A stretch of 20,270 nucleotides of DNA from an uncultured Rhodopirellula sp. (GTDB taxonomy: Bacteria > Planctomycetota > Planctomycetia > Pirellulales > Pirellulaceae): NCBI GenBank assembly GCA_964007735.1, contig CAXGAI010000001.1, positions 191,798 through 212,067 on the forward strand, given 5' to 3'. This document shows, piece by piece, positions 17,347 through 20,270 of the stretch. Position numbers and translations under genes: made by a program. The stretch's first letter is position 1. The number at the start of each line of letters is the position of its first letter. A model generated the notes under the pieces. The model had not been told where the DNA came from. It did no database searches and saw nothing but the letters and a program-made list of their open reading frames with translations.

Positions 17347-18552
17347 ATGACTGCCGAGTTTTCGACTGTAAAGCAAGCTGTTGATGCTATTGCTCGTGGC
17401 GAAGTCGTGATTGTCGTCGATGCGGAAGACCGTGAAAACGAAGGTGATTACATTTGTGCTGCGGAAAAAGCAACGGCCGAATCTATCAATCTAGTTCTCA
17501 GTGGCCGCGGGGATTTCTGCCTATCGGTATTACCAGAGACGGCAGAACGGCTGGAACTTGCTCCGCTGGCGGATGCCAATAGTACAAAACTTGGAACTGC
17601 CTTTATGACTCCGCTAGATCATAAAGATTGTCGCACGGGTGTGACTGCCGACGAAAGGTGCTTGACGGTAAAAACGATTGCCGATCCAAGTAGTGGTCCG
17701 GAGGAATTCGTCCGGCCGGGGCATGTTCATTTGCTGGTAGCTAAGCAGGGCGGTGTTTTACGACGTGCCGGTCATACCGAAGCGAGCCTGGACTTGGTTC
17801 GTATGGCAGGCTTGCAACCCGCTGGTGTGTTATGTGAGATTCTTGATGAGACAGGTAACCGTGCATCGAGAGAAGAATTGTTGAAGCTGGCACAAAGACA
17901 AAATCTTCAAATCATCTCTATTGAGCAATTGATTGCCCACCGACGAGTCAGCGAAAAACTAGTTCACCGTACGGCGCAAGCTAAGCTGCCGACTAAATAT
18001 GGTGAATTTGAGATTCTAGTTTATAGCGTCGATTTTGAAGATTTGGAGCCCGTGGCATTTCGCATGGGAGACCTTGGTAGTTGTGATGAAGCACCCCTGG
18101 TAAGAATGCATTCCAGCTGTTTTACAGGAGACGTCTTAACGAGTCTTCGGTGTGACTGTGGCGACCAGTTACATATGGCTTTGCAGATGATTAGCCAAAA
18201 TGGTTGTGGTGCTGTTGTTTATTTGCCTCAGGAAGGACGTGGCATTGGCCTGGCTGAGAAGATTAAAGCCTATTCATTGCAGGATCAGGGACTCGATACG
18301 GTTGAAGCCAATCATGCATTGGGGCACAAAGCAGATATGCGAGATTACGGAGTTGGTTTGCAAATCCTTAAAGATCTGGGTTTATCAAAGTTACGATTGC
18401 TAACGAATAACCCTAAGAAGATCGAAGCCTTCAATCTCCGTGGATATGATGTGCAGGTGGTTGATCAGGTGCCAATTGTGAGTCCTCCGAACCAACACAA
18501 TGAAAAATATCTGGACACAAAACGAGATAAAATGGGCCACAAACTTCCTTAA
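17347..18552 (+). CDS. ribBA: Bifunctional 3,4-dihydroxy-2-butanone-4-phosphate synthase / GTP cyclohydrolase II
   Basis: DRENEGD, RPGH, GGVLRRAGHTEA, CEI (RibB); VRMHSSCFTGD...RCDCGDQL, QEGRGIGL, DTVEAN, RDYG, LLTNNPKK, YLDTKRDKMGH (RibA). Confidence 0.96.
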   Translation: MTAEFSTVKQAVDAIARGEVVIVVDAEDRENEGDYICAAEKATAESINLVLSGRGDFCLSVLPETAERLELAPLADANSTKLGTAFMTPLDHKDCRTGVTADERCLTVKTIADPSSGPEEFVRPGHVHLLVAKQGGVLRRAGHTEASLDLVRMAGLQPAGVLCEILDETGNRASREELLKLAQRQNLQIISIEQLIAHRRVSEKLVHRTAQAKLPTKYGEFEILVYSVDFEDLEPVAFRMGDLGSCDEAPLVRMHSSCFTGDVLTSLRCDCGDQLHMALQMISQNGCGAVVYLPQEGRGIGLAEKIKAYSLQDQGLDTVEANHALGHKADMRDYGVGLQILKDLGLSKLRLLTNNPKKIEAFNLRGYDVQVVDQVPIVSPPNQHNEKYLDTKRDKMGHKLP

Positions 18553-18591
18553 ACACCGGGTCGCGCCGATGTCGTCGACGAATTTGTTGTG

Positions 18592-20127
18592 CTAAGGTAA
18601 TTCTTTAATCGCTCTTTGAATAGCCGGTTTTAACGTCTCGACTCGGTGAGCAACTGCCAGGATTTTTCCATCCGGACCGATAGCCATCATCGTGGGTAAC
18701 GCAGTAACGCTATATCTCTTTGCAATGTTTGATGCATCGTTGCCAATGACGTTGGTCCAGGGTAAAGGATTCTCTTTCAGAAACGTCGCCAGAGCGTCTT
18801 CTTCCCGGTCGAGATTAATGGCAACGACGTCAAAGACAGCTCGGGGAAACTCATTGTGAATTGCTTTGATATTGGGAATCTCAGCTCGGCATGGCCCGCA
18901 CCAAGTAGCCCAAAAGTCGATTAACACAACTTTGCCACGATAAGCTTTCCAGTCAATACGTTGTCCAAAATCGGTGAGCCCCTCGATTTCCATATCTTTA
19001 CCAACCAGTGCTGAGGCATCAGGCCCGCTACTAGCTGCCTGAAGGATACTTTTGCCATAGCTTGCCAGTCGCCTGAAGTCACTTCCTGTAAATAGTTTGC
19101 CAAAGCGTTGATATTGTTCCGCGCGTACTTCCAATTCTTCAGATTGATTAATGGCATGGACGATGGCAACTGCCATCCGCAAGTGTTTTTCTTTGAGAGT
19201 TTGTTTTTCTAAGTAAGTGTAAGTCTCGTTGAGAATGGCGGCAATTTCCGGCCAAGACAAATCATCAACATCTAGCATGCGTTGTTCAATTTGATGGAAC
19301 TTGACAAGCGTTTGAATCTTTTCCCGCGTGTCAGTTTTGAGCGAATCTACAAACTGCACGAGTAACTCGTCCATTTTCTCATTACCAAGGCCGGCCTGTT
19401 CATGTAAGATGCCGCAAGCAGTTTCAGCAGCGATCACGTGGAACTTATCGGAAGCTTCCAGGGCTAAAAGACGTTTTGAAGCATTGAGTACAGCTTCAGC
19501 AAACCCCGGACGTTGGCGAATGGTTGAGACTTTGTCCTGCATGTCAAACAGGTAATCAATTAATCCCAGTTTGTCTAAATCCATGGGAGCGAGATATGGA
19601 TTGCCTTTCAGCAGATCACTTTCTGGTTCGGAACCATCGTCGATTTGACCAGCCAAAGATAGCAGGGCCGATTTAGCTACGAAATGAAACCGGGCAGGAA
19701 CAGGCAGGTATCGACTATTCTCACTTGCGTTGGGTTGGTCCGGAGCTTTGGCAGGTGCGTCGTTCGGCTGGCTTTCTTTAGAAAAAATCTTATCCAACAC
19801 GGCTGGCAGTGCCTGAACCCCCTGGATGGTGGTGATTACCTTGCCCTCCGGATCGAGGATAATCATGGTCGGAATGCCCTGAATACCACAGTAGATGGTT
19901 GAGGGCATTTTCCATGCAAGGTCGACGGCATTACCTTGCTCGAGTTCTGCCGGATCGACGTCAAAGTCGTCAGTTACGATAGGCCACTTAAAAGCCTGAT
20001 CGTTAGCTTCACGATCGGCCAGAAAGTTCTTCAGTTTTGCACGATCCGCATCGATGCTGTACGACCGCTGCATCGGACCCGGTTGGGTCAGATCAACCGC
20101 CCCGTTCTCGCGGGCCATTGCATTCAA
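18592..20127 (-). CDS. TlpA/redoxin-family thiol:disulfide oxidoreductase, multi-domain; 5' part apparently truncated
   Basis: Complete C-terminal domain YRGKVVLIDFWATWCGPC...INLD...LPTMMAIGPDGKI. The N-terminus holds only the second half of another such domain (YSIDADR...WP...GIQGIPTMIILDPEGKVI). The first ~22 codons (20062-20127) look non-native and there is no signal peptide. Confidence 0.8.
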   Translation of the reverse strand: MNAMARENGAVDLTQPGPMQRSYSIDADRAKLKNFLADREANDQAFKWPIVTDDFDVDPAELEQGNAVDLAWKMPSTIYCGIQGIPTMIILDPEGKVITTIQGVQALPAVLDKIFSKESQPNDAPAKAPDQPNASENSRYLPVPARFHFVAKSALLSLAGQIDDGSEPESDLLKGNPYLAPMDLDKLGLIDYLFDMQDKVSTIRQRPGFAEAVLNASKRLLALEASDKFHVIAAETACGILHEQAGLGNEKMDELLVQFVDSLKTDTREKIQTLVKFHQIEQRMLDVDDLSWPEIAAILNETYTYLEKQTLKEKHLRMAVAIVHAINQSEELEVRAEQYQRFGKLFTGSDFRRLASYGKSILQAASSGPDASALVGKDMEIEGLTDFGQRIDWKAYRGKVVLIDFWATWCGPCRAEIPNIKAIHNEFPRAVFDVVAINLDREEDALATFLKENPLPWTNVIGNDASNIAKRYSVTALPTMMAIGPDGKILAVAHRVETLKPAIQRAIKELP

Positions 20128-20142
20128 CTTGGCAGAGATGGC

Positions 20143-20166
20143 CTGGTCCGCTCACTGGTCCGTTCA
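20143..20166. repeat. Tandem direct repeat, 2 x 12 bp
   Basis: CTGGTCCGCTCA / CTGGTCCGTTCA (11/12 identical), followed by a degenerate TTGGCC. Confidence 0.7.
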
Positions 20167-20229
20167 TTGGCCATTAATGTGCGCCGCTCGCCACTGCGCG
20201 TCGGTTTTAAAAATGCTGCACTTTTTTTG

Positions 20230-20258
20230 CGCAAACCCTTTAAAAATAAGGGTTTGCG
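20230..20258. repeat. Perfect 11-bp inverted repeat with 7-nt AT spacer
   Basis: CGCAAACCCTT-TAAAAAT-AAGGGTTTGCG. Confidence 0.85.
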
Positions 20259-20270
20259 TGACAATCAATG

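Noticed and set aside
17347..17950. Possibly degenerate RibB domain (GRGDFC, TAFMTPLD, TADER, GHVHLL differ from consensus)
   Set aside because: Core catalytic and metal-binding motifs DRENEGD, Cys, RPGH, RAGHTE and CE are all intact; ordinary divergence.
20222..20258. Inverted repeat as a rho-independent terminator
   Set aside because: The T tract is on the wrong side of the stem for either strand.

Overview
Bacterial chromosomal segment of moderate GC (roughly mid-40s % by eye), almost certainly from a planctomycete (Pirellulales-like), judged from the giant-insert signal peptidase, the DapL N-terminus and the Zn-ribbon/Pro-rich MoxR. Gene order: lepB (5'-partial) and lptB (+); dapL (-); a tightly coupled 7-gene minus-strand operon of unknown function (RDD - SpoIIM/DUF95 - membrane protein - DUF4129 - DUF4350 - MoxR AAA+ - DUF58); an SDR oxidoreductase (+); a bidirectional terminator; korB/korA 2-oxoacid:ferredoxin oxidoreductase (-); a 270-aa hypothetical whose N-terminus resembles a PilC/GspF cytoplasmic domain (-); ribBA (+); and a TlpA-type redoxin (-). 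The redoxin appears cut mid-domain near position 20062 by GC-richer DNA carrying tandem 12-bp repeats and a perfect 11-bp inverted repeat (mobile-element end or chimeric assembly). No rRNA, tRNA, CRISPR array or transposase is seen. All family calls are by motif recognition; no searches were run.
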